Shown: piece after piece, positions 41,323-49,825 of the stretch
Layout of the letters: every line of letters begins with the position of its first letter
How positions within the stretch are numbered: position 1 is the first letter of the stretch
NCBI GenBank assembly: GCA_963779415.1
Contig: CAVZYA010000003.1
Span: 288,001-352,000, forward strand
Direction of reading: 5' to 3'
Source: an uncultured Acidobacteriota bacterium
GTDB lineage: Bacteria; Acidobacteriota; Thermoanaerobaculia; UBA5066
DNA: 64,000 bases
The notes under the pieces: model-generated
What the model saw: the letters and a program-made list of their open reading frames with translations, nothing else
The model's database searches: none
Told to the model about the DNA's origin: nothing
Translations under genes and position numbers: made by a program

Positions 41323-42718
41323 TCCGACGACAGACCCGACGCCTCCAGGCTCTCTTCCTTCTCGCCGACGTCCTCGCCACGTGGGGGGCGCTCGCCGTGG
41401 CGTATCTGATCCGGTTCGAGTCCGTCTGGCCGACCCCGAAGGGTCATCAGCCCTTCTCCGCTTACGCGATCCTCCTGCCGGTCATCGCGCTCCTCTGGCC
41501 GGTCGTCTTCTACTTCCACCGCCTCTACCAGGTCCGGCGCGACCGCTCGATGATCGACGAAGGGCTCGCCGTCGTCGTCGCCGTCGCGCTCGGCACGATC
41601 CTCCTCGTCGGCCTTCTCTCCTTCTGGCGGACCTTCAGCTTCAACCGGCCTCTCCTCGTCGTCTTCCTCCTCCTCGACATCCTCATCGTCGGGGCCGTCC
41701 GCTTCGGGATCCACCGGTATCTCGAGATCGTCTGGGCGTCGGGGATCGGAGTGAGGCGTGCCCTCATCGTGGGCGCCGGCCGCGCCGGACGGGCGCTGGC
41801 CGACAAGCTCCTCGACCACAAGGCGACGGGGGTCAAGCCGATCGGATTCGCGGACGACGACCCCGGGAAGCGGACCTCGGACTACCGGACTCTCCCCGTT
41901 CTCGGGACGACGCACGAGGTACGCGACCTCCTGGCGCGGCACGACGTCGACACCGTCTTTCTGGCTCTTCCGGTCGAGGCGCACCGGACGATGATGAGGA
42001 TCGTGCAGGAGGTCGGGAACGAGATGATCGACATCCGTCTCGTTCCCGACGTCTTCCAGTTCGTCACGTTCAAGGCGGGCGTGGAGGACTTCGACGGCCT
42101 GCCGGTCATCAACCTGACGCAGGTCCCCCTCGAGGGATGGAACTCTCTCGTCAAGCGGAGCATGGACCTCGTCCTCTCGGCCGCCGGCCTCACGGCCCTC
42201 GCCCTTCTCTATCCGTTCATCGCGCTCGCCATCTGGCTGGAGGACCGCGGCCCCGTCGTCTACGCCCAGGAACGGATGGGCCTCGACGGCCGTCTCTTCC
42301 GGATGTTCAAGTTCCGCTCGATGAAGGTGAACGCCGAGGAGTCGGGCGCGAAGTGGGCCGAGGAGAACGACCCGAGGCGGACCCGCGTCGGGAGCCTTCC
42401 TTCGGCAAGACGTCCCTCGACGAGCTGCCCCAGCTGATCAACGTCTTCCTCGGTGACATGTCGCTCGTCGGGCCGCGCCCGGAAAGGCCGGAGTTCGTCC
42501 ACGAGTTCAAGGAGAAATTCCCGCAGTACATGCTCCGCCACCGGGTTCGGGCCGGGATCACCGGCTGGGCGCAGGTCCACGGCTGGCGCGGGAACACGAG
42601 CCTCTCGAAGCGGATCGAGTACGACCTCTACTACATCGAGAACTGGAGCGTGAGCCTCGACGTCAAGATCCTCTGGCTGACGCTTCGCTGGGGCTTCACG
42701 CACAAGAACGCGTACTGA
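41319..42718 (+). CDS. wcaJ: Undecaprenyl-phosphate glucose phosphotransferase (WcaJ-like; apparent frameshift near 42395-42407)
   Basis: 'KRSMDL', 'FKFRSM', 'DPRRTRVG', then '[22 protein letters not shown]', 'GITGWAQV' in a second frame. Confidence 0.9.
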
Positions 42719-42800
42719 GTGCTTCGCACTCAGTACGCGTACGCGTCGCTGTTCATGCATCAGGGGAACCCGATGTCCGGGTTCCCCCGAACCCCCTCCG
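42708..42800. repeat. Double-hairpin REP-like element / bidirectional terminator between convergent genes
   Basis: Perfect 15-bp stem ACGCGTACTGAGTGC-TTC-GCACTCAGTACGCGT (42708-42740), then GGGGAACCCG-N5-CGGGTTCCCC. Confidence 0.7.
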
Positions 42801-42804
42801 CGCG

Positions 42805-44925
42805 TCAGGAAGATCGGAGCGCCTGCCTGAATGCTGCGATGGTCTCGCGGAGGCCTTCCATGTCCCGAGCCTCGGCGCTCCCCCCGAACGACTCGCGGAG
42901 GTACGCTCGAACGACTCTCGTCGCGATGGCGTATCCGCCAGGGGCGACTCGCTTCGTCTCGGCGAGCGTCTCTGCGGGCACGGCCGACGCCGTCAGCCGC
43001 GCGCCGCGGCGCCGGAGGATCCGCTGAAGCTTCCGGTACGCCGCCGCTGCCGGCGGAAGACGTCCCGCGAAGCCCGTCGCACGACGAAAGACGAGAAGGC
43101 CGATAAGAGCCACGACGACCGCGACGCCGAGCGCCGCCGCCACGAGGCCGGCACGGCCCAGCTTCGTCCCCGTGGCGCGAAGGACGCCCCGGAACCGGTC
43201 GAGCGCGCCAACGGCCGACGCGGCGATCGTCCCGACCGTATCGCGAGCCGCACGGATCAGCTCGATCTGGTCTCCCTGCGTGAAGCCGAGAAGGTACCGG
43301 TCGTAGAGGAACTCCACGCCGTCCGAGATCTGCCGCAGCCGCGAGAGGAGAGGCACCCGGGTGACGCCGGGGACGCCCGCGGCCGGCGTCGGATCGAAGG
43401 GGACCCACCCCTTCTCGCCGCACCAGGCCTCGACCCACGCGTGCGCGTGCTCGCCCCGGATCAGAACGTAGTGGCCAAACGGCCCGATCTCCCCTCCGGC
43501 GAACCCCGCGACGAAGCGGCTCGGTATCCCGATCTCGCGCAGAAGGAGCGCCATCGCCGTCGCGAAGCTCTGGCAATGACCGCGCTTCTTCTCCGTTAGA
43601 AAGAGCTCCACCCCGTCCGGACCGGACGGCAGGCCTTCGAGCGCGTACGAGAAATCGGACCGGAGCCACCCTTCGAGCCGGGCCGCCGCGGCCTCCGGAT
43701 CCCGTCCGGGATCGATCCCCGCCGTCCGTTCGCGGGCGATCCGCGCGAGCGCCTCCGACGGGGGCGCGGCCGAAGTCTCCACGACGTTCCCCGGCGCGCG
43801 GTCCGGCTCCGGAGAGGGGGCGAGAAACGCGGTGTAGCGAAGAGTCCGGTCCGGCTTGTAGAAGAGCCGGAGATTTCGCGCCTGATCCCGCTCCAACTGC
43901 GCCGACGTCCAGCCACGGAACGAGGACTCCTCGAAGCGAAGGGCCATGCCGCGGACGGGGAAGGGAATGTAGCGGGAGTCGAGCGGCAAGAGGTCGATCT
44001 CGAACGAGTGACTCTCGTCCGGAATCGGAGTCCTCGGACCCCCGAGCGGCACGAAGGCGCCCCCGGCCGCCGGGAAGAGGCGGCCGCGCGCTTTCGGGTT
44101 CCTCCACGCGCGCCCGTCCCACGTCTCGTAGGCCGCCACGCGGAGGCGGAGGAGTCCCTCCTCCCAGCTCTCGCCGCTGCCGGCCGACGTGAGGCGGGCG
44201 AGGACCCGGTCGCTCTTCTTCAGCGTCCCGAAGAGATCGGGCTCGGCTGTCTCCGAGATTCCCGTCGTGATCTCCTGTCCGCTCGCGACGCCGCGGACGT
44301 AAGGAGTGCGGAGGCGCGGAAGAATCGCGAAGAACGGGACCGCGAGAATGAGGGCGGCGGCGACCGAAGCCGAGAGTGAGCCCCATCCGGGAAGGCCCGC
44401 GGCGCGCGGGTCGCGGCTCCATTCCTCGGGAGCGGCGGCGAGGTCGCGCAGGAGCGCCCACCGGACGAGGACGCGCCACGCCATGACGCCGAAGACGGCG
44501 ACGAAGAGAAGGATCGAGAAGTGGAAGGAGGTCGAGACCGAGGCGACGAAGAGGAATCCGCAGAGGATGAGCGCCATCGAAAGGTCGCGTTCCCGGCGGA
44601 GGGAGGCGAGCCGGAAGAGCATCGTGAAGAGGAGCAGGTGGAGCGTGGCCCGGAGGAGGCTGTGGCTTCCGTAGCGGATGTCGGCGTAGTAGACCGGGAG
44701 ATAGAGAAGGCCGGCGACGTTCAGGACCGCGTTGGACAGGCGAAGGATCTTTCGGCGCCGGGCGCGGAGGAGGATCGCTCCGAGCGCGAGGAGGTAGAGG
44801 GCGAGAAGCCCGACTTCGACCGCGTACGCGAAGAAGAGGGGGACGGGGGCGAGCGCCGCGAGCGTCCCGACCGCGAGGAGCCGCTCGCGGAGGAACGGAA
44901 GATCCGCCTCCGGCGCCGCCGTCAT
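42805..44925 (-). CDS. DUF3488/TgpA-type membrane transglutaminase-like protein
   Basis: N-terminal TMs; triad 'GHCQSFA', 'HAHAWVE', 'FDPTP'. Confidence 0.9.
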   Translation of the reverse strand: MTAAPEADLPFLRERLLAVGTLAALAPVPLFFAYAVEVGLLALYLLALGAILLRARRRKILRLSNAVLNVAGLLYLPVYYADIRYGSHSLLRATLHLLLFTMLFRLASLRRERDLSMALILCGFLFVASVSTSFHFSILLFVAVFGVMAWRVLVRWALLRDLAAAPEEWSRDPRAAGLPGWGSLSASVAAALILAVPFFAILPRLRTPYVRGVASGQEITTGISETAEPDLFGTLKKSDRVLARLTSAGSGESWEEGLLRLRVAAYETWDGRAWRNPKARGRLFPAAGGAFVPLGGPRTPIPDESHSFEIDLLPLDSRYIPFPVRGMALRFEESSFRGWTSAQLERDQARNLRLFYKPDRTLRYTAFLAPSPEPDRAPGNVVETSAAPPSEALARIARERTAGIDPGRDPEAAAARLEGWLRSDFSYALEGLPSGPDGVELFLTEKKRGHCQSFATAMALLLREIGIPSRFVAGFAGGEIGPFGHYVLIRGEHAHAWVEAWCGEKGWVPFDPTPAAGVPGVTRVPLLSRLRQISDGVEFLYDRYLLGFTQGDQIELIRAARDTVGTIAASAVGALDRFRGVLRATGTKLGRAGLVAAALGVAVVVALIGLLVFRRATGFAGRLPPAAAAYRKLQRILRRRGARLTASAVPAETLAETKRVAPGGYAIATRVVRAYLRESFGGSAEARDMEGLRETIAAFRQALRSS

Positions 44926-45986
44926 GCGGCCTGCCCTCCGGACCGGATGGCCACCGAGAAGACGCTGATCGACGGCGGGGGGACGGCGGCGGCGGGGGCC
45001 GGATCCTTCGACGGCTCCACGAGGGCGAACGCCGTCAGCAGCGCGCGCCGGTGCGCGGGACCCGATCCGGGCGGAAGAAGCCGTCCGCCGAGGACGAGTC
45101 CGACCCGGCTTCCCCGCGCGAGGAGCTGAAGAGCGAGGCCCGCGGCCTCCGAGATCGCCGCTTCGAAGGCCTTCTCGAAGTCGGGCCCGGCGCCGGCCGG
45201 GCGCCGGACGTCGACGCGGATCAGTGCGTCCCTCCCTTCCTCGGCCGCGCGCTCCTTGATGATGAACTTTCCCTGCCGCGCCGTCTGGGGCCAGTGGACG
45301 TCGCGCGGGTCGTCGCCGAAGACCGCGTCGCGGAGATTCCGGATCTCGGCGCCTCGTCCCGAGCGCCGCGATCGCGGATCGCCGCTCTCGGCCTCGCGCG
45401 GATCGGGGCGCGGCGGCGGGCCGATCCGGAGAGCCGGATAGACGATCCGCTCGTCGGCCACCTCGCGAACCCTCCCCTTCCGGAAGAGGCCGATCGGGAA
45501 TCCGCTGTAGACGAGGAGCGACTCGGCGCGGCGCCGTCCCCGGTGCGTGAAGACGAGGTCCACCCCGCGACACTCCTCCGCTCCAGGCTCGATCCGCGAA
45601 AAGAGGATCGGCGCGGCCGCGCCGCCGATCTTGACGAGGAGGGCACGCCGCGGGAGCCGGCCGCGGTTCCGAAGGCGGAGGGTGAAGCGCGACGGCTCTC
45701 CCGCGAAGATCTCCGCCGGGCCATCGAGGCCGACATCGAGCCCCTCCACGTTCCGGCGCGAGACGACGCCGGAGACGACGAGCGCGCCGAGGAAGATCGA
45801 CACGAGGAGGTAGAGGCCGTTGTTCCCCGTGTTCGTGGCGCCGATGGCCACGACGAGGGTCATCAGGATGAAGCCGAGACCGAGATTCGTGACCCGGACG
45901 AGGATCCCCTTCTCGAAGATCCCCCGGAAGCGGCTCGCGGCCGGAGCCGGCTCGCGGACCGCGTCAGAGCGGGACGGGGGCTTCAT
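44922..45986 (-). CDS. DUF58 family protein
   Basis: 'ATNTGNNGLY', 'FP.GLF', 'LRD...GDDPRDVHW..TAR'. Confidence 0.88.
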   Translation of the reverse strand: MKPPSRSDAVREPAPAASRFRGIFEKGILVRVTNLGLGFILMTLVVAIGATNTGNNGLYLLVSIFLGALVVSGVVSRRNVEGLDVGLDGPAEIFAGEPSRFTLRLRNRGRLPRRALLVKIGGAAAPILFSRIEPGAEECRGVDLVFTHRGRRRAESLLVYSGFPIGLFRKGRVREVADERIVYPALRIGPPPRPDPREAESGDPRSRRSGRGAEIRNLRDAVFGDDPRDVHWPQTARQGKFIIKERAAEEGRDALIRVDVRRPAGAGPDFEKAFEAAISEAAGLALQLLARGSRVGLVLGGRLLPPGSGPAHRRALLTAFALVEPSKDPAPAAAVPPPSISVFSVAIRSGGQAA

Positions 45987-46929
45987 CCAGGATCCGCTGG
46001 ATGGCGTCGCGCTCCTTGCGCCCGGCGGCGGTGGCGTCGAAGGCGCCGGGAAGCGTCGCGAGGACGCGGTGGGCAAGAACCGGTATCGCCACGCGCTTGA
46101 CGTCGTCCGGCGAGGCGAAGGCCCGCCCGGAGACGAGCGCCCGTGCCTGGATGGCCCGGAAGAATCCCTGCGCGCCGCGCGGCGAGACGCCGAGGATCAG
46201 GTCGCGGCTCTTCCGCGTCCGCGCGACGATCTCGAGGACGTAGTCCATCAGCTTGTCGACGACCGTCACCCTCTCGGTCGCCTCCTGGGCGTCCTTCAGC
46301 TCCGCGAGCGACATCTCCGGGGAGAGCGCCGCGAGGATCCGGTCGGCCCCCCCCGAGATCAGGAGGCGCCTCTCCTCGGAACGCTCCGGATAGCCGAGCG
46401 AGATCCGCATCAGGAAGCGGTCGAGCTGCGACTCGGGGAGCGGATAGGTCCCGAGATACTCGACCGGGTTCTGCGTGGCGAGGACGAGAAAGGGCTCGGG
46501 AAGCGGCCGGGTCACCCCGTCCGACGAGACGGCCCGCTCGTTCATCGCCTGGAGGAGCGCGGCCTGGGTCTTGGGCGTCGCGCGGTTGATCTCGTCGGCG
46601 AGGAGGACCGGAGTGAAGACGGGACCGGCGTGGAACTCGAACTCCTGCTTGCGCGCGTTGAAGACCGTCAGGCCGAGGATGTCCGAAGGGAGAGTGTCGG
46701 GCGTGAACTGGATCCGGTGGACGCCGACGCCGAGCGACCGGCCGATCGCCGTCGCGAGCGTCGTCTTCCCGACGCCCGGGACGTCCTCGATCAGGAGATG
46801 GCCCCGGGCGAGGAGGCAGACGACCGCGTCCTCCACGGCGGCGGCCGGACCGCGGTAAGCCGTCCGGACGGCGGCGACGAGGCGAGCGACGGGGTCGAGG
46901 ACGTGCGCCGGAGCCGGCACGGCGCTCAC
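45964..46929 (-). CDS. MoxR family AAA+ ATPase
   Basis: 'LIEDVPGVGKT', 'RIQFTPD.LPSD', 'LADEINR', 'ATQNP', 'QLDRF'. Confidence 0.94.
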   Translation of the reverse strand: MSAVPAPAHVLDPVARLVAAVRTAYRGPAAAVEDAVVCLLARGHLLIEDVPGVGKTTLATAIGRSLGVGVHRIQFTPDTLPSDILGLTVFNARKQEFEFHAGPVFTPVLLADEINRATPKTQAALLQAMNERAVSSDGVTRPLPEPFLVLATQNPVEYLGTYPLPESQLDRFLMRISLGYPERSEERRLLISGGADRILAALSPEMSLAELKDAQEATERVTVVDKLMDYVLEIVARTRKSRDLILGVSPRGAQGFFRAIQARALVSGRAFASPDDVKRVAIPVLAHRVLATLPGAFDATAAGRKERDAIQRILDEAPVPL

Positions 46930-48026
46930 GGCTTCTGCCCTCGCGCGACGGTCCCCTCGACGTAGCGCCGAAGCTCTTCGAGGGCGTCCCGCCGCGTGAC
47001 GAGAAGGCCGCCTTCCGACTCCACGACGGCGAGCCCCGAGACCCCGATGACGCAGACGGCCTTCCCGGGGACGAGGACGAGGTTGTTCGGAGCGTCGATG
47101 GCCGTGACGTCCCCTTCGGTGACGTTCCCGCGGGGGTCGGGCGTCCGGAACTCCCAGATCGCCTCCCACGAGCCGAGGTCGCTCCACCCGCAGGCGCAGG
47201 GGACGGTCCGGACGTCGCGCGCCTTCTCCATGACGGCGTAGTCGATCGAGACGGAGGGGGACGAGGAGAAGGATTCTTCGAAGGAAGAGAAATCCCCCGC
47301 AAGCCGGGCGGCATCCGCGCGCCGAACCGCGTCGAGTAAGTCGGGAGAGCAGCGCTTCATCTCTTCGAGAAGAAGAGCGCCCCGGAACACGAAAATCCCC
47401 GCATTCCAGAGGTGGCGACCGGAGGCCGCATACTCCCGGGCGCGGGCGAAGTCCGGCTTTTCCACGAAGCGCACCACCGGTACTGGCGCGCCCTCAGCCC
47501 CTTTCGAAGAAAATCCCGGGGCGGTCTCTCCCCTCTCGATCTCCATGTAGCCATAGCCGGTCTCCGGCCGCGTCGGCGGGATGCCGAGCGTGACGAAAGC
47601 GTCGCTCGTCCGCGCCGTCTCGACGGCCGTCCGGAGCGCGGTGACGAACGCTTCCTCGTCGCGGATTGCCTGGTCGGAAGGGAGGACGACGAGAACGGCT
47701 CCGGGCGCCTCGGCCTCGATGGCGAGCGCGGCCAATGCGATCGCCGGCGCCGTGTTCCGCCGCACCGGCTCGAGGACGAGCCGCGACTCGGCGACCTCGG
47801 GAAGTTCCTTCCGGACCTGCTCCGCGTGCGACCGCCTCGCGGAGATCCAGACGTTCTCCTCCCCCGCCACCCGCGCCGCCCGGCGGAACGTCTCCCGGAG
47901 GAGCGAATCGCGGCCGGCGAGCGGGAGAAAGGGCTTGGGCCTCGCATCCGTCGAGAGGGGCCAGAGGCGCGTCCCGCTCCCTCCGGCGAGGATCAGGGCG
48001 TGAACGACACGGGGAGTTCCGGACAC
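46926..48026 (-). CDS. manC: Mannose-1-phosphate guanylyltransferase
   Basis: 'ILAGGSGTRLWPLS', 'EP..RNTA', 'PETGYGY', 'FVEKP', 'SIDYAVME', 'WSDLGSW'. Confidence 0.93.
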   Translation of the reverse strand: MSGTPRVVHALILAGGSGTRLWPLSTDARPKPFLPLAGRDSLLRETFRRAARVAGEENVWISARRSHAEQVRKELPEVAESRLVLEPVRRNTAPAIALAALAIEAEAPGAVLVVLPSDQAIRDEEAFVTALRTAVETARTSDAFVTLGIPPTRPETGYGYMEIERGETAPGFSSKGAEGAPVPVVRFVEKPDFARAREYAASGRHLWNAGIFVFRGALLLEEMKRCSPDLLDAVRRADAARLAGDFSSFEESFSSSPSVSIDYAVMEKARDVRTVPCACGWSDLGSWEAIWEFRTPDPRGNVTEGDVTAIDAPNNLVLVPGKAVCVIGVSGLAVVESEGGLLVTRRDALEELRRYVEGTVARGQKP

Positions 48027-48073
48027 GTCGCGCATTCTACGGGCGCGGCACGCCTTTCGCCTCGCGCCGTCCT

Positions 48074-48604
48074 TCAGAGAAGAGCCAGGAGAGCGGCCGC
48101 GAGGACGACCGCCACGAGAAGCCCGCCGAGAATGTCGTCCGCCATGACGCCAAGGCCCCCGGGGAGCGACTCGGCCTTTCCGACGGGCCCCGGCTTGACG
48201 ACGTCGACGATCCGGAAGAGGAGGAAGGACGCGGCGACGAGGCTCCAGAAGAGAAAAGGGGACGCCGTCCGCGCGAGCGCGTAGACGGGAAAGACCGAGA
48301 TCGCCTGCCCCGCCACCTCGTCGATGACCACCTCCGAAGGATCCTCGCGCCGGAGGAGCCTTGCCACCTTTCCCGAGACGACGATCCCGCCGAGAGACGC
48401 GACGACGGCAAAGACGACGAGGCCCCGAAGGCCGGCGAGGCGGAAGGACCCCTCGATGAAGGGAATGGCGAGGAGACTTCCCCACGTGCCCGGCGCGACG
48501 GGGAGGAACCCCGATCCGAACCATGTGGCGAAAACCGCGGCTACGGGAGCCGTGCCGAAGACCTCCCTCCACGTCTTCGGCGCCGCCCCTTGATTTCCGC
48601 TCAT
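48074..48604 (-). CDS. pgpA: Phosphatidylglycerophosphatase A
   Basis: 'APGTWGS', 'DPSEVVIDEVAG', 'FRIVDVVKP', 'GVMADD'. Confidence 0.93.
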   Translation of the reverse strand: MSGNQGAAPKTWREVFGTAPVAAVFATWFGSGFLPVAPGTWGSLLAIPFIEGSFRLAGLRGLVVFAVVASLGGIVVSGKVARLLRREDPSEVVIDEVAGQAISVFPVYALARTASPFLFWSLVAASFLLFRIVDVVKPGPVGKAESLPGGLGVMADDILGGLLVAVVLAAALLALL

Positions 48605-48693
48605 GCCGGGCCTATCTTGCCCCCGTTCCTTCCGTGCCGCGCCTGCGGCGTGTCCTTTCCTCCCGCCGCCCCCCTCGGCCGAACGTCGAAACC

Positions 48694-48699
48694 TATAAT
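48694..48699 (+). promoter_or_regulatory. Consensus -10 box upstream of recA
   Basis: TATAAT ~40 nt before the recA ATG; no clear -35. Confidence 0.55.
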
Positions 48700-48738
48700 C
48701 CGCCGTCTCTCGAAAGGAACGGGAAAGAGAGGACCTGA

Positions 48739-49824
48739 ATGGTCGAAGCCAGCAAGGAAAAGCTCAAGGCGCTCGAGCAGGCCGTCGCGCAGATCGACCG
48801 CCAGTTCGGAAAGGGAGCGCTCGTCCGTCTCGGAGACAAACCGCACGAGACGATTGCCGCCATCTCCAGCGGCTCCATCGCCGTCGACGCCGCACTCGGC
48901 ATCGGCGGCGTCCCCCGGGGCCGCGTCGTCGAGGTCTTCGGCCCCGAGTCGTCGGGCAAGACGACCCTCACCCTTCACATCATCGCCGAGGCGCAGAAGC
49001 GCGGCGGGCTCGCTGCCTTCATCGATGCCGAGCACGCGCTCGACCCCGATTACGCCAAGAAGCTCGGCGTCGACGTGGACAACCTGATGGTCTCGCAGCC
49101 GGACTCCGGCGAGCAGGCCCTCGAGATCGCCGAGGCGCTCGTCCGGTCGGCCTCCATGGACGTCGTCGTCATCGACTCCGTGGCGGCCCTCGTCCCGAAG
49201 GCCGAGCTGGAAGGCGAGATGGGGGACGCGGTGGTCGGACTCCAGGCGCGCCTCATGTCGCAGGCGCTTCGAAAGCTCACCGCGGTCGTCTCGAAGTCGA
49301 AGACGACGCTCATCTTCATCAACCAGATCCGGGAGAAGATCGGCGTCATGTTCGGCAATCCCGAGACGACGTCGGGAGGTCGGGCGTTGAAGTTCTACTC
49401 GTCGATCCGGATCGACATCCGCCGGATCAACGCGATCAAGGACGGCGAAGAGGTCGTCGGCTCGCGGACGAAGGTGAAGATCGTCAAGAACAAGGTGGCC
49501 CCTCCCTTCAAGGTGGCCGAGTTCGACATCGGCTACGGCGAAGGGATCTCGAAGACGGGCGAGCTGATCGACCTCGGCCTCGAGCAGAAGATCGTCGAGA
49601 AGTCGGGGGCCTGGTTCAGCTACGGCGACCTCCGGATCGGGCAGGGGCGGGAGAACTCCAAGCAGTTCTTCCGCGACAACCCGGACATCGCCGCGGAGGT
49701 CGAGAAGAAGATCCGCGAACGGCTCGGCCTCCCGACCGGCGACGTCGTCGCCGGTCCCGCGCCCGCCCCTTTGCCAGCCCCGACGCCGCACCCGAAGTCG
49801 TCCTTCCCGGATCGGAAAAAGTAG
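48739..49824 (+). CDS. recA: Recombinase A
   Basis: 'GPESSGKTT', 'FIDAEHALD', '[11 protein letters not shown]', 'GGRALKFY', 'KNKVAPP'. Confidence 0.98.
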   Translation: MVEASKEKLKALEQAVAQIDRQFGKGALVRLGDKPHETIAAISSGSIAVDAALGIGGVPRGRVVEVFGPESSGKTTLTLHIIAEAQKRGGLAAFIDAEHALDPDYAKKLGVDVDNLMVSQPDSGEQALEIAEALVRSASMDVVVIDSVAALVPKAELEGEMGDAVVGLQARLMSQALRKLTAVVSKSKTTLIFINQIREKIGVMFGNPETTSGGRALKFYSSIRIDIRRINAIKDGEEVVGSRTKVKIVKNKVAPPFKVAEFDIGYGEGISKTGELIDLGLEQKIVEKSGAWFSYGDLRIGQGRENSKQFFRDNPDIAAEVEKKIRERLGLPTGDVVAGPAPAPLPAPTPHPKSSFPDRKK

Positions 49825-49825
49825 C

